Assembly (NCBI GenBank): GCA_051294905.1
Contig: CM119371.1
Span: 6,946,001-7,010,000, forward strand
Source of the DNA: Botryllus schlosseri
Lineage: Eukaryota
Length of the DNA stretch: 64,000 nucleotides
Direction of reading: 5' to 3'
Shown here: positions 63,561 through 64,000 of the stretch, one piece after another
Layout of the letters: each line of letters opens with the position of its first letter
Position numbering within the stretch: the first letter of the stretch is position 1
Notes under the pieces: model-generated
Database searches by the model: none
What the model was told of the DNA's origin: nothing
Seen by the model: the letters and a program-made list of their open reading frames with translations, nothing else
Position numbers and translations under genes: made by a program

Positions 63561-64000
63561 ATGAATTTACCTCTTTCCATAAATTTGTTTTACTTTTTTA
63601 TCCATTGTATATTGACAGTTGACACGATGACACGAACCAAGCGCCCCGTGGATTATCACTAATCTAAATGGTATTTTGGAACCTTGTAGCATAATTTTAT
63701 ACAACGGTTTATTCCAGGAATGGCCATCTCGGTTTCATGCTCGAACGAATTATCACGACGCTTAGTTAATAGCCGCAAGCCGCAACCAGAAAGATCACGC
63801 TGACGCTGGTTTCACTCTGTGTTTGGAAACGAAATCAGCGAAGCATGTGGCATGTCAGCGTCATCTGACGGATAATTAGGTATTAGATTTGGAGTTTAGC
63901 GGTTACTGACGGGGTAATTTCAAAACACCCACCACAAAACTGCGATACAGTGAAAAAAAGAGGGTGTCGAAACGACTTGGAGTAGTCTTTCAAATCAGAC

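Overview
AT-rich eukaryotic genomic DNA, not prokaryotic. It is probably from a marine invertebrate such as a tunicate, which is an inference from gene and transposon style only. The window is a tandemly duplicated array. Five single-exon BTB-BACK-Kelch (KLHL-like) genes lie on the minus strand: one runs off the left edge, three are intact, and one is frameshifted by a 194-bp hAT MITE. Their differences cluster in Kelch loops and show a patchwork pattern of relatedness. The spacers contain about six decayed copies of a second, unannotated plus-strand gene with BTB-like and BACK-like motifs, filled with nested non-autonomous DNA transposons (hAT-, Tc1/pogo-, Mutator- and Sola-like) and a tRNA-derived SINE. 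A 5-kb foldback structure (13696-18723) has 43-bp-repeat arms. It encloses a spliced, internally deleted KDZ/Zisupton-type (HMGXB3-like) transposase relic, with a SAP-like segment, the C-terminal part of a Ulp1-like protease and a PHD finger; the PHD finger appears only after removing three short introns. All protein family calls come from motif recognition by eye; no searches were run.
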